NCBI GenBank assembly: GCA_000165425.1 | Contig: CT868050.1 | Coordinates: 1 to 64,000 of the forward strand | Direction of reading: 5' to 3' | DNA length: 64,000 nt | Source: Paramecium tetraurelia | Taxonomy: Eukaryota | Shown here: in pieces, positions 39,301-53,731 of the stretch | Numbering within the stretch: the stretch's first letter is position 1 | How the letters are laid out: the number at the start of each line of letters is the position of its first letter | Made by a program: the position numbers and the translations under genes | Notes under the pieces: model-generated | Database searches by the model: none | Seen by the model: only the letters and a program-made list of their open reading frames with translations | What the model was told of the DNA's origin: nothing

Positions 39301-42300
39301 CTTTCATCTGGAACTTTCATATCAAAGGCTTTGATCAATCTGTGAACTTAATACTTCGTTGAAGTATCACCATTCTTAGTCAATTGTGAATATTGTTTTA
39401 GAACACTCAAAGCGTAACATCTAATTTAGATTATGTCTGTTTTGAATGAGTTTTTCTTGTTGGCATATTCGTTGTACGTATTTATTAAAGGCAATAATGC
39501 TTCAACTATGTAAGTCTTAGCAGAAAGCTATAAGAACTCTTACTACTCAAGCCACGATGCTTCGATACTGATAATTTGTAAAAAATAACTCTCATGAACT
39601 AACAACAATTTTTTCTTCTTCTTTGATAAAGTGAATATTATTCTGCAGACGAAAAATTTAATCTAATCAAATTACACTAATTTACCTTAGTTATACTATC
39701 CTATAATTCGACATCCAAGTTAGTATTCCTCATTTCTTATGTCTTTTCTAACAAATAGGATGTCAAATCAGTGAAATCAAGCACTTCTAGCATTTTGACT
39801 GATAAGGCTGCTCTATCATCATGAATTAAAACAACTTCTATTATTTTAAGGAAACTCTATCGAAATTCCTCAATGTTTGGTTAATTTGGATAGAATTTCT
39901 AAAAGTTATAGTTTTCCTAAAATGGCTGAATAATATAATTGAATTTGATTTACATTAATATCCTTTGATTCGCATTAAATTAAGGCCTAATAGATGTCTT
40001 TGTAGAGTGATTAGCACTACTTGTTTCGGACAATTGAAGTGAAGAGTTCTATAAAGGATTAGTATTTTCCATAGAGTTTGACATATTCTAACAACTGATA
40101 CAAATCGTTTGAATTCACTAAAGGTAACAAGCTTTGATTATTGGAAAACAATTCATTTATTAATTCGATTTGACCCAAATTCACCATATTGTATCTTAAT
40201 AAGGGCCTTGCTAGTTTGATCAACACAAACCTATGATATCATATACACAATTACTCTTAGCTTTAGTAATCATTTCTGACTGATAGTCCCACTAAGCGAA
40301 GACATGCTTAAAAGATGGATAGAATCTTCTCAGCCAATTCTTGTTGATACTATTTCTACTCATCATAATCAATTAATTCAAAACTGCATTCGAAGATGTC
40401 CATATTCACATCAACCACTGACAAGCATTTAACTATTAATTGGTGGACCACTTAGTAACCACCACAATTTAAGAATATCTTTCTAACTGATTTCTCATTG
40501 GCTTCATTTTTAGATATTATTGTATAGATCTCAACCAATTTCTCTAACACTTTTTCAATTGTTTGCTCATTCTTTTCATTCAATGCTATTGGAATATCGA
40601 GACGTAACCAAATTTAGGAATTCTGCACATTGTTTTTCAACTTTTAAACCAAAATATACATCGTCCTATAGATAATCTACAAATTATTTGTCATTATCAT
40701 TTAGATTTGCTTTAAGTAATTACAAAACTCGGATCTTTGATTTTAGAATCTTTCAATCAATTCTACGATGTGATTCTAAAGGACATGATCGTTCGCAAAG
40801 TAGAATCCTTTCAATAACACCTCTATAAATGGTCTATCAATAATCCTATCAAAGTGTCTAATCCTATTGATCTGAACATGATCCTTAATTCCTCTTTATT
40901 GAAACTTCTTCTATCCTGGCTTGAGGAGATCTTCCCTCAATAGTCCTTACAATTAAGCCAAATATTTCTTTTTATAATAGACTGTATGACTCTACAAATT
41001 GGACTTGTTCTCAGTTGAACCATGCAGCGATTATTTATCAGAATGTATGAATTTCTTAGAAACAGAAGGCAAGAATGTATTGGTGAAGAAAGCAATTGCA
41101 TTATCAATCATAAAGTCCAATCTCATATCCAAAAGATATTAAAATATTTTGCAAATCTCTATTTTAATTTCTATTTCATAATCTGAAGTACTCGTTTAAG
41201 CACTAAAGATCTTATTGTAAAATCTGTTCAGAACTCGTTTAACATTCTGCAGTTTTCTTAAGAGAGGATCTCTAATTGTCTCAATGCTGCTTTTATTGAT
41301 CTTCTTTTTTTCTGCTTTCCTAAAGAACTTCAATGATTAAATTTAAATGATCTTTGCTAGTTTCTCATTGACATTCTTCTATTTCAATATAGAATTCGCC
41401 TTTTAATAATCAAAGTCATACTCCAGTAATACGGACAACTGTTATATCAATCTTTCCAAAACATACTCAATTTCCTTGGAGTCGTCCATCCTATACTTGG
41501 CCATCTCATCATTTATATTAGAAAACTATCCAAATTGCAATAACATGAATAAGATTCTCATAATTTATAAAGTGAGAAGATTGTATACTTTTAGAGGTTG
41601 TTACTCTTGAAGATTGTGAACCATTTACTTTAAATAAGAACTCATTATCTCTTTGAGTTGATTAATTACGTAATACAAGGATTTCGTTTCTAACTCCACC
41701 TTATCGAACACTTCGTCGTCGTCATCATAAAACATGTTATCAAAGAATGTTTAACTATTACGAATGTTCACTCTGATAAGGGTTGGCTTTGCTTGAGAGA
41801 TTAAAGGGTCTCTGTCCAAGTAAATGTTTTTGCAGAGAGCAATCAAGTGTGCTCTTAACTCTGGATCAATCAAGTTATTATTTAATAAGGGAACAAGGGA
41901 GTTGTCACTGAATTGTTCACCAAAATATTTGATAGAATCATAGTTTCTCTATAAACATAGTTAAGAGTATAAGAAGAATTGAGCCTTTAGAAAATTGAGT
42001 TCTTCCTAATAATGAGGATTGGAATTCTTATGATCAGGTTCAAAATAGGCTTCAAATTTAATAGAAACAGGGCCCATCTTGCCATTACAAGCAATAATAA
42101 TGTTCTTTTCCTCGTCTACGACACATTTCATTAAGGTAATGTTCTTCTTCTTATTTATCAACATCTTGAAAATCATCTCTTGATTTGCAAATATCGCCTC
42201 AACTCCGAAAGAGCAACAGGTGGCTAATAAATGCAAAATTTCAGTTTTTTGACTAAATGGGATTTCAGTTTTGGCTGCAGAATTTAAAGAGACCTTTTCT

Positions 42301-44355
42301 GTCAACCACTCAAGAATGAATACATTTTTATTTGGTTTGTTGGATGAAACTACTATAGGTGTACTTTTTACTCTTTCTAATTTTGGAGAGATCTTCTAGA
42401 AAAAATCGGTTTTTACAAACTAGACTATTTAACACTGCGATGAATTCAGGATAGAGTATTATGTGCTTATGGAGTATAGGCAGAAACTAGAAAAAGCAAT
42501 TCTAATTTTCGATATTGTCTTTACAAATCTATTAAATTATATTGATAATTAAATACGATGTTAATAGTTTCAATTAATTATACTTAGAGCATCTTAAGTT
42601 GCAAACTGTAGTAATACATGATCCTTCCTTCATCTCTGTCGGTTCTGCTGATTGTTTTTGTGATCTAATAGAATTTCTCTTCTTTTTCAAAAAAGTCTTT
42701 GTCATTTTGAGCTATTTAATCAACCAATTCTGGCTTGAGCATTTAAAACAATAGACAAATAAGCGGAAACAACGGTTCTTATCTGAAGGACTACATAGAT
42801 AGATTTATCATTATTACATCTTATCGTATGAATGAGATTTGATTATATTTTTGATTAGGCGATAGATTAGAAATCAATTTGTTCATTAGAAAGTCACTCA
42901 CATAGGCCAGTATTTGCTTAACCTTTTGATATAGGAAGTAAAACTAAATTTTTAATCTGATCTCCCCTTCTTTATTTTTCATATCGTATACTGAACACTT
43001 CACTTCTTAATCATTAATGTCTTGCAATAATTCTATGGCTTCTATAAAAATCTTAACAGAATATTAGAGTAATTTGGTTTCAGTGTCTTCGTATTCTCCA
43101 ATCTTGCGTAATCTCAAGATGTTAATGTTTCTATTTTCTTGTCTGTTTTTCTAATCTTCCAAATATATCCCAGATTGATAATGCTAAATCTTGAAATAAG
43201 AGTCCTTTTTTAAAATTTTTTATCCTTCATCTATGGGAATTAAAATAAACAAGGAGAGTTTACTCAATTAATTAGTTAAGATGGGATCACCATTCAACAA
43301 CTCCAAATATCGAGAGGATTGATTATGTTTTAATCTAACCAGTTGATAAAATTAAATCTATCCTCCTTGTCCATTTGTTTTTTCTATCTTCCAATATGAA
43401 CTGCTCTGAAGTTTCTAGACTCTCTTCATGCCGATTCTTTCAATTACGTCATCGAAGGTCACCTTGAGATCCTCGTAGATGATTTTGGTGAGTGTCAATG
43501 AACTCAATTGGTTTTGTAGTCTTTGTATCTGATAATCAGCTATTTCATGAAATGTATCATACGGCTATTTGGCATTCAGAAACAGCTTAAAAATGATATG
43601 ATGTATGGTTTACATTGGTTTCACTTAGGTTGATTGCAATCAGATCTCCTGCATACAACAAATCCTCATTCTCTTGTAGACTGCTATATAAATTCATTTT
43701 TAAGTATGTTGGATTGATCTAGGTGGAGGACACCTGGTCTTCTGAATCCTTGGATATCAGTCTCAAATAACATTTCCTATTTTATATGGATTTTGCAGCA
43801 CACAGAGTCACAGTCTCTGAATCCAAGATGCATGAGATCTGTTTCTGATATTAATAGACTGGTTGGAAGTGCAATACAGTGTAGTCAGATGGAAATTCAA
43901 CCAATCGAACTGATTCTTGATCTATCATCACAAAGCGAAGAGAATCTTTGTGAACCAAATGAAAAGTGGATGTTCCAAATAGTAGTGAAGTGTCCTGCAG
44001 TTTTTAGAAACATGAGATATTGGCTGTCATCTCCTCATCAAGATTGTTTTCATAAGATTTTATAGTCTGTTGTCTAGATTGAATTGTGGATTCTATGATG
44101 CTCAATTACACTACCCTTTTTATTGATTTCTTTGTCAATGTCATTCTTGACTATCTCTACCAATTTGGCCATCCAAAAATGGTTGAGAACAGGGATGATC
44201 ATAAAAATGCATTTATCAAAGTTCAGAATCTCATTTTGATGAGTGACCTTATGAACCAATAAATTATCATTAAGTTAATCAGTTGAAAGGTAGGACTCAT
44301 TCTCACTGCATAACGACAACGATATCTGACATCCATATGTAATCTTTTTTAGCAT
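36306..44355 (-). CDS. InsP3 receptor/ryanodine receptor-like Ca2+-release channel (~2600 aa) with an apparent frameshift at 37131-37139
   Basis: N-terminal ITYGCQISL and FHLVHKDSLRFV (MIR/beta-trefoil-like), RIH-like LELMCNDNNKELQNL, six-TM C-terminus, pore WTFKTDGSVGG, and C-terminal KCFICGIDR...HIKVEHNIWNYLFY...SWFP. Several 22-28 nt introns. Confidence 0.92.
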
Positions 44356-45021
44356 TATTTATAATTATTGATTAAAATAATCGTAATTTGAAATACTACC
44401 TAATAGTACAATCAACATGAAAAAGGATCCCAAATTATTTCATCCAATTTAATAGCCAAAAGATATAAGAGTAGACAGTGAACCTTTTTTTTTGAGATTA
44501 ATAACTGAAATAAAAATAAGAATAAATTGAAACTAAGCAAGAACCTAAATTGAAGTGGTGGTGTGTGATGCTGGTTCTTAGTTTTTTTCGAGTATTGAAT
44601 GATCAATTGGATAAATATTTAAAATAATTTATAGAGAGCATATATATTATCCATCTTATTGAATGTTTCTTTTCATCATATTATAAAATATACATTTATC
44701 AAGAATTATAATAGGGTATATTTAGATCCTGGAGATGGACAGTTAGAAAATATTGAATTAATTGAAGTGTCTTCAAATAAGAGATCAATTTTTTCAAGGG
44801 TTGCGGTGTATCAATAAATTCTATGGAACTGAGTAACAGCCTATGGGAAATGGGTAGTTGCTTTTGAAATTCTTATTTCTGTTAATTGGTATTAAAGAAA
44901 ACAGGTCTGTTGAAAAAGTGATGGATTATTTCCATATTATCAGAATAATTGATAATATAGATTGTTCTATATTTTTTTAAGAGAAAAAGCACACTTCGAG
45001 TATTTATTGCATTAAATTACT

Positions 45022-45555
45022 ATGTATACTACAGACTTCTAAGATATTGACTCAAAACGTGTTAAGGAAAGACTAGTTGAAAGCGCCTTTAACAAAGTTC
45101 AGATTTGGAGGAAAATTTTTCTGGAAGGTTTAATCAACGAACAAGGAGAAAGGCAATATTATACCTTGAACGAGGCTGCTAATTTGGTGGGCATTCCCAA
45201 AAAGACCTTGGAGGATTACACTCAAATCTTTCAGAAAGTTGGCTTGATTGCTTCTCCTCTATCTGATTTTTATGGAAAGAAGATGGGATTCTTGAGACAA
45301 TTTGTAAGAAAAAATAAATCCAAAATCAGAAAGGCCTTGATTGTTGAAAGGTTAAAGTAGTACGAAAGAAAACGAGAAAAATTAATTTAAAAACACCAAG
45401 CCCAGAGATAACACTTTGGCGAAGAGAATGCATCATCAAAAGATACCGAATCAATTGATGAGAAGTACTCTTACAATAATTTTTTTAATTCTGACTTCGA
45501 GGAATTAGATGTTTACTAAGAAAGCCGTGTCTTTTTACCATTATTAAAATTTTGA
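45022..45555 (+). CDS. Putative helix-turn-helix DNA-binding protein (ciliate-type)
   Basis: KERLVESAFNKVQIWRKIF...TLNEAANLVGIPKKTLEDY has an HTH-like pattern and KKMGFLRQFV follows. The 5' end may extend upstream. Confidence 0.6.
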
Positions 45556-45764
45556 TTTAGTTATTAATTGTGTATTCTGAATGTAATTAATATAGCACAA
45601 TTGTTTGTTAGCCAAGTAACTCTTGAAGTAATAGTTTTCGTAAGCAAAAATCAATTGAATTGTTCTTTGCTTCGTTCTTAGTGTAATTTTTGTGCATAAA
45701 CAGAAACTATTTATAATTTAATAATAATTAATAAACTTGAAGTAATTTTAATTTAAAAAATTTA

Positions 45765-46815
45765 ATGTAATTCTTAGACATCACAAATTTAGAAAAGAAT
45801 CTTTAAAATTAAAAAGGCAAGAGTGTTGTTGAGGTTCCTAAGAGTCCAAAGAAAAAGATCCAGATTAATTACTTGGACATGAGTAATTTCAAGTTCGATT
45901 GGATTTGTTTGGATGAGGAGGAATTTGAAGTTATGAACCAAAATAACATTAAAAGTTACACCTTTACAATTCAAGAATAGTTCTTATGGTTCTAAAATCA
46001 ACACACACACTTTTCTTACCCATTGAAAGTAGAGCATAAAAATGTAAATGATACTTAAATTTCCATAGTTTACTGAGTCCTTAAAGAAGCACAAAATAGA
46101 TGAATACAAGAGACACAGCTTGTTGTGTTGGATGGGCTATGTGATGGGGAGTTACGAGAGTGCTTCGAATGAAACTTATTTTTTAGCTATCTCGATCCTC
46201 GATAAGTTTCTCTAACTGTATCCATTTGTCCTAACCAATTAAGAACTATTAGCAATCGGGTTATGCTGTTTGGCCTTGGCCTCAAAACACAAAGATGTAT
46301 TTCCTTTAACTTCATAACAATTGATTTAATTGAGTAGCGATAAAATGGATGAAATTATGCTGACAAAATGCTAATTTACTATTTTGGACACTCTTCAATT
46401 TCAGGTCGAAGTCCCTAACTACTTCTAAATTTTTGATTATATAATGAGAGATTTAGAATACAGATATTACAAACATATATCCTCAGACATTGTACAGAAC
46501 TCATTAGTTAGTAGACAATTGAAGGTCATCTATAAGTGCAGTCTACATTTATTAAGATTTGTCTCTCAATATTACGATTCTACAATCTTCTATCAAGGTG
46601 CTATATCCTATGGGTCTATCTGTTACACGATCAAACGCATGGAGTTACTGAAGTTCTCTGTTCCCATTGATCTGATTAAAGTCCTTTCATAAATACAAAC
46701 AGACTAAGAGATCAATAATACAGAAATCGTATTAAAATACATATATCGATTATGCCAAAATGGGATGTCTGAAAAACAATAGGAATTTTTTAGACAAACC
46801 CTATTTCAGTATTGA
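45765..46815 (+). CDS. Cyclin (divergent cyclin N-terminal box)
   Basis: KRHSLLCWMGYV...SNETYFLAISILDKFL...LLAIGLCCLALASKHKD...ILDTLQFQVEVPN; 25-nt intron near 46044-46068. Confidence 0.85.
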
Positions 46816-46856
46816 ATTTTAATTATTGTTATTGTTTGTAACAAATAGAATAAGTA

Positions 46857-47990
46857 TCAATAATTACATTGTCTTCTTCTTACTTTCAGCAAGTAATCTA
46901 GTTAAGAGATATTACGATATGGATTAGTGAGACTTGCAATTGAGTTTTTCTTCGATTCAATAAGTGGTTTTTGCAATTCCTTCACTTATTACCTAATCTA
47001 AGATTTTAGTTAGTAATCTATTGATTTATTGTTGTTGATCGTAAATTTTGAAGGACTCAATTAAGGGAGAATAGAACGATTTACTGGAACATATGTACGA
47101 TTAAAATTTTTCTTCTTTAAAATCTTTGAGGACGTGTTACTAGGTTGAGTTGGCAGAGTTTTTATAGGTAACTGTATTTCTGAGACCACTTTTAGATTTT
47201 TAATTGGTATAAGTAACAATTTATCATTGATGGTTTATTGTCTTTTGATAAATACAGTATGTCTCATTTGTGTTTTTGAATGAGTATCTTTTCTTTAAGG
47301 AACTTAGAAGGCTACTTATTTATGCTAAATTAGCATCTCTTTTGTTAATCGAGTATCACAGGAATTACAACGTTTCCTAAATAAGATTGTCTTAGAATAT
47401 AATTTATTTTTTATGAGAATCATTTTTCTTGCAATCTTTTGTGCTTAAAGAAATTATTGGAATATTTACAAAAGCGAAATGCATCCTCTGCAAAATCCCT
47501 TTTTTTCTTCAATTGATGTGCATATTCTACTTAACGATGGCAAGTTGCACCTTTGTACATCAGATGTATGATTTTGGTATTTTCGTGTCCACAATCAGAA
47601 CAACAACAACTTCGTCTTCGAATCTTTTAGATGTTCCTGCTCTGTATCCTCTTCCCTTCTCTACTTCCAAAACGCAAATGCTTAATCTTGCCGTCTGATA
47701 ATTTGGGTTTTATCAATTCAAAAGAGAGAGTTCTTTGAGTCCTCTTTAAAGGATGTGCCCTAGTGCTGTAATTTGTAGTATTCTCAACTTTGCGATTGAC
47801 AACAAAATTATATAAATTGGCTGAACTTTCCTCATAATCCATACTGGGTAACCCTTAGATGTCTTTCTCTAATTAGCATAGTTTCAACAATCTTACTTAA
47901 TTCCTTCATCATTTTTTTAGCGCTTTTAAACAAGATCTCTTGCTTTAGTATTCCTTCCAATTTTTTTTCAGGATGTGAATTAATTTTCAT
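46857..47990 (-). CDS. Basic hypothetical protein with an RRRSCCCSDCG motif
   Basis: Continuous table-6 frame after removing introns of 28 and 26 nt; MKINSHPEKK...RRQCNY*. Confidence 0.6.
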
Positions 47991-49153
47991 GACAGAAATA
48001 AACAAATAAGTAATATATGATTAAAATAATCCTTATATAACTGGAACAAATTCAACTAAATCTAACTTTTTGTAAATCTATCTTAAATTTCTTAGCATTC
48101 AAAACATCCATTTTCCAATATTTTACCTAATAAAACACTAAACCAATCACCTTAGCATCTGAAATGAGAAAATCTATTCTTAATTCAATAATTATACTTA
48201 AGGAACCTATATTAAACATACTGTATAGAGGATATAAATTCATATAAATCATTTCTCTTTGTCTCAAAGGTTTTATCTTATAAGATAGTAAAATGAGAAT
48301 AAAAACATTAAAAATAATTTTTAACAATCATATATTTTAAATTAAATTGGATGTTTGAGGTATATAAATTTTTTGGTTTCCGACCATTTTTTGAAGATCT
48401 TAGTTTACAACTTCCATTCTTGAGCTTTAAATATGACAATATCATACCACCTGTGGATTTCACTTCTACTAATCAATAATCATAGATATGAAATACAAAT
48501 AAAGTTTCAATCATGAAATAACAAATCAGTTTAAGAGAATGAGTAGATTAATATCTTAATAGCTTAATCTTAATTCTTCAATCATCCTAGTCCTAAAAAT
48601 TTATTATAAGAGTTGGTATAAGTATTTGTATATTTAATAAAAATTCATTAATTGCAATAATAGTACTTAGTATCTTAATCGAAGCTGCTCCATTCATTGC
48701 AAATTTATTTCATAACTTCAGACAAAACAAATGGTTTTCTTGGAACTATATATTATTTTGATATAAATCTAAGTGCAAATCTCTCAAATCCATTTTATGG
48801 TTATTTTAATATTTACCATGCTTCTTCTAAATTATAGTAAAATAGTAATACCTTTGGATGCATTTAACTCAATCTTTGGATAACATGCCACTTTAAATTC
48901 AGTTTATAAGAAAGCTCTTTTGAAAAGAGATTGTTTTTAAACGTTGACGGACATAGATATATATGAAAATTTTTTAAATATAAATTAATCATTTCCCTCC
49001 TTGGGAATTTAAATTTTATAATGTAGGATTTATTCAATTGAAAAATATAATAATTTATAAAGGCATATAAATTTGAATGAATTATAGGATTTAAATAGAT
49101 AGAAAATTTATAAATACTTCAAATGTATTAACTATTTATTCATTTTTCTGAAA

Positions 49154-51177
49154 TCATCCCTTAAAGTATTATTATATTGATTTTAATAACAATTGTTTAC
49201 TTCCCTTTAATTCTGCTAATTATTGTGGGTCAGCCATCAAAAATTAAACCTTATTCTAATTACTTTCTTCATTTTTTATAAATTTGATTGAAAAGGCCAT
49301 GAATTCAATTGTGTGATCTTCTAATAAATCCTTCTCCATCTCGAAATCGAAATTTAGATTCATTTCCCCGAACATTTTCTTAAATTAGAGATAATATAAC
49401 TAAGGTGAGCCTAAGCTATCTTAGAAATTGAATTTCTTGATTTCTTCTAACAAATTAGGATCTTTTATTAATTTCTAATCCTCTTAAAACTAATTTATTT
49501 TGATCTAAAATACTAATAGAATAAAATTTTTACTAGAAACAACTATTTATAATTCTTGTAATTTTATATGATTTTATCCTTCTAATCAGATTAGCATTAC
49601 AAGAAGGTCCATATTTCTTCATCCAAGTTCTTCTTATCTACAAAACTCAATTCCTTAGATATTTATAAATTTAAAGAATTGTCAAATCTTTTGGAGATAA
49701 GTGTGTAGATATTTAAGAAGCATGAGTATTGATACCCGTATAAGTAGAGTTAGAGCAAATATAGAATGATGGTGTAATTTGATTTAAAAATTGTTTGCTT
49801 ATTAATTTGCAAATACTTGAATGTGTTCTCAATTTTATTGCTTAGTTGATTTGCAAAAGTACATTTTGCTTGATAGAAACCTAAAATCTTCTCTAAAACA
49901 TTAGTTTATAATTAGCACAGGGAATGTTTTTTTTACATTCTAATTTATCTCACAGGTGTTCCTACTTGATCTTAACGATTCTACAGAAGTTAATCACTAT
50001 GAAAAGGTTAAAATATCTGTTTATCCTAACTCTATTACCTTGCTTACGGGAATTCACCGGTTTGATTAGCTCTCTAAAGTTTGCTGTTTGATCTCAAAAA
50101 TTGAGTTTCTTTGGGTTGTGATATATTATTGTTATCTATTGAGGTCGATTGAGAATCTCGGTCATTTTACTCCTTCAATTAAGAGGACACTGGCGATTGC
50201 AATTATTAATCTGAAGAGGATATATTACGATTAATCACTTTTGTAGATTCAATATCCAGATCATTACTTGGAAACTATATGAACAGTTCATTCCAACTTA
50301 TTCTAGAGGATTCTTCGTATACTAAGGAAGACCTTAAAAAGTTCAATAATAATTGTTATTCAGACGCAGATCCTCCTAATTCTTTTGGGATACCTCCTAT
50401 TACAATTCTATGAGTTTTAGTTCTCTTTAAGGCTTCGATAAATTAAAACATTCCATGACTATCAACTGGCAATTTTGAATAGACTAATTAATAGATTAAT
50501 ACACCTAACTAAATTTAATATTGATAATACACTATATATATCGCATTTATTTGAATAAACTCCATTAATCAGAATCTAAGGAGCAGCATAATATGGAGTT
50601 CCAGCGTGACTTTATTCTATTTCCAAATTAGGGTTCTCTAAGATCTTTGACATCCCATAATCGGCGAGCTAGTTTTATGTTTGATTATACCTAGAAATCT
50701 CCATTGTTCCCTAGAAATATATTTGCTGGTTTTATGTCTCTATGCATAATGCCCAATTTATAGAGTTCCCTGTAACCATTTATTATTTAAGAAAGAATCT
50801 GTATAATCTCTTGAACTTAAAATTTCTTACCATACTTTAAATACTTTTGAATGACACTCTAGAAATCTCCTTATTGACAATATTCCATAAAAATGAAGCA
50901 TAGATCTTCTCTTTAGGTTATATGAAGTATTTTCACTAAATTTGGACAATCTACTTGAATTAGTTTCTTAACTATTTCAATTTCTCTCTAGAAGGCGACA
51001 TTTGTCTTTGGAGATTGTGATATAATCTAAGATAAAAATGAAAATTACTTTAACACACAAAGGTATTCGATAATTCGGATTTGAACATTTATAACAATAC
51101 GAAAATGCTCCATGCCCAAAATACTCGGCAAAGTGTATGCTAAAACCATCAATTTCTGAAGGAGAATTGTTTGACAT
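49154..51177 (-). CDS. Ser/Thr protein kinase with a long C-terminal extension
   Basis: FGHGAFSYCY, LCVKV, FMEYC, MHRDIKPANI, LADYGMSK, AGTPLYAAPQ and CDIYS|LG; three introns in the kinase domain. Confidence 0.92.
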
Positions 51178-51809
51178 CTATCTTAAAATATAAATATTAT
51201 TAATAATTAATAATCTATATGTTGAAACAGTGATAAATATTGGGGAATTTTTTATTATCATTTTTTTTGTATTTCTAAACAAATAAAACAGGGAATGTAT
51301 ATATTTTAAATATAATCGTTATTGATCAATTTATGAAATTTATCTTAGTAATTAAACTACTGTGAATATTATACAGTCTAAGTAATTTTAAGTTTCCAAA
51401 TCATCAGTTAATTTAATAACCACTTGTTATTAGAAAATTAATTATGAGTTGGAATACATATACATGTAATAAATGATTTAAACACAACCTAATTATGACT
51501 TGCTCTTAAATCTAAATGAGTTCTATTCCTTATGTTTTAATAATAACTCAAAGAGTTAAAGGTGTCGTTAGATTGGCATGACATTTTATTTTAAATCTGA
51601 TGGCAAACTTTAAATTATTAGTTGATCCATTTTAAGTGTTTGTCTCTTCAAATTCAATCCTTAAACCATTTATGAGAGAATAGCAAAAGATTTCAAGAAT
51701 TGATTGATAAATTCATATATAAATGCAATCAGTAATTTGTGGTGTATTTAAATATTTAGTTATAATAATTTATGTTAACAGAAAATTGTTCAGTTATATA
51801 ACTAGTATA

Positions 51810-52627
51810 TCAATTGGAAACAGTTTCAATTTTCTTTTTTTTCTTTAATTGCACTGGTATTCTTTTCTTATTAGCACAATCTTTGCATCTACAACTGGAC
51901 GAGCATTTTTGATTTCTTATATAACATTCACAGTAGTTTTTTTAGCATTGGGATTTTTAACATTTACAGCCCCAGACTCTTGATCTATCAAATAAGTCAT
52001 CATCATGTTTCTGTCGCTAAGACTTTATTTTAATTTTTTCTAATGCTGTTTGTCTGACTGGGAGATGATCGTCGCAATTCTTGCAAGCAAAGCATTTGCA
52101 AAGTTCTGTACATTGTCTATTCTAATGGAAACATTGACAATATAGTTTAAGACAGTTCGACTTAGTGCATTTGCATGGAGTTGTGTTTGGTTCCTGCTAT
52201 TAAGAGTGGAGATCGGATTCCTAATTAGGGTCTTGAGTTGTGTTAAAAGAAGGATTAAGCTTATTTTTGCGAATTCTTCTACTTCTTTGTTCCAGAGTAT
52301 GAGAGCAGGGATCGTCTGCTTTTTTTTGATGATCTTAAATTTAAATGTTTGGCAATTTTATGTTTGCATCACTATTCATTTCTTAGACTTGGTTCTGGTT
52401 GTTAAACTTCATAATTGTGGGTGAGTTTGGTTCTTCAATATCATTTTCTGACAAGAAGCTCCTAAAATAGATCTAAAAACATACATCATATTTTTAAGTT
52501 GCGGCTAAGGCAATTCAACATTGTCATTGTCTAAAATGGTATCATATTTGTTCTGGTTCCAACAGTCGTATGTTAATGGGGAGGAATCTTTCCTTTGATC
52601 GATAGAATTCCAAAAATGTTAGTGCAT
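51810..52627 (-). CDS. Tesmin/TSO1-like CXC (CRC) domain protein (LIN54-type DNA-binding domains)
   Basis: [34 protein letters not shown] and GCKCQKSQCQKNYCECYIRNQKCSSSCRCKDCAN. An alternative in-frame ATG lies at 52690. Confidence 0.9.
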
Positions 52628-53224
52628 TTCCTTTTACTAATAATTAATATTGTTCTGTTGAAGTACACTATTGAATGTGTTATTTAACATGGAGTTTATT
52701 TATTTATATTCTGCCAATCGGCTTTGTTGCGTAAGTTAATCAATTATGAAATGCGTTTCTTCATGTATTTCGAAAAATTAGTATTACTCAAATCTCATTG
52801 GACAAAATGCAGGATTGGATGACTCAAACTCGGTGAGATGAAGGAATAATAATTCTATATAAAGAAATCTATAGAAAAGAGTGGGGGAGTCCTTATCAAG
52901 AAAAATTAAAATAAATTTATTTATATCTCAATTATACAATCCATAATTTTAGTATATATTTATATAATTGGTATATTAAATTCTTTAGAAAATATTAATT
53001 TTTTTCATCACTTTGATTTGTACCCATTGTTAAATTCTTAAAATTAATTTTCATTTTATTTTTTAGACTTAATATTTCATTAAAATTAATAATTCCAACA
53101 ACTATCATATATATTAAATTAAATTGGTAAGAGGCTGAAATGAAATTTTTAAATTATTTTTTCTCCAAAATATACTAATTTTAATATATTTTAAATTTAG
53201 ACAACAGGTTAATATTAAATATAG

Positions 53225-53656
53225 ATGGGAAGTTCATGCATTTCGAATTAAAAGGATTCTCTTTTTGAAGATGTTGCTTCTGTATAAATAAACTCTAAAG
53301 AGAAAGGAATCTAGGGTATCAACCAAACAATCAAGGCCAATTTCTAGTAGGTTAAAGTATTGAAGGAAACCTTAGATGAGGGAATCTAAATCTCCAACAT
53401 CCAGACCATTGTGATTCGACCGAGATGCGAATCAGAAAGTGCCAAAATAATGAGCGATTTAATCAAGTTCGGCAATCAGATCACTATTATATCAAAACGA
53501 ATGCCAGATAGCCCTGTTTCGAGCATGAAATCGATTTCTAAAAAAGGGATTCTAAAGAACAAATAAGAGATTAGTGTGACTAAATCAGCAGATGGAGACG
53601 TGTTCTTTCCATCCCTATACAGAACTAGCGGCAAAAACATCAGATTCAAGGGGTGA
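53225..53656 (+). CDS. Small putatively myristoylated protein with PP1-docking-like motifs
   Basis: 143 aa, intronless: MGSSCIS...KKGILKNK...GKNIRFKG*. Confidence 0.7.
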
Positions 53657-53731
53657 AAACTATGATTTATAATATGATTTTAAGGAATTTAATTCAATAT
53701 TTTAATAAAATATCATAATACTCTTGATTCC

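Noticed and set aside
50570..50670. Kinase DYG and APQ variants suggesting a pseudokinase
   Set aside because: The catalytic Lys, HRD and the Mg-binding Asp are intact, and such variants are compatible with activity.
45765..52627. Apparent cell-cycle cluster (cyclin, kinase, tesmin/CXC)
   Set aside because: All three families are highly expanded in Paramecium, so chance adjacency is likely; nothing in the sequence indicates co-regulation.
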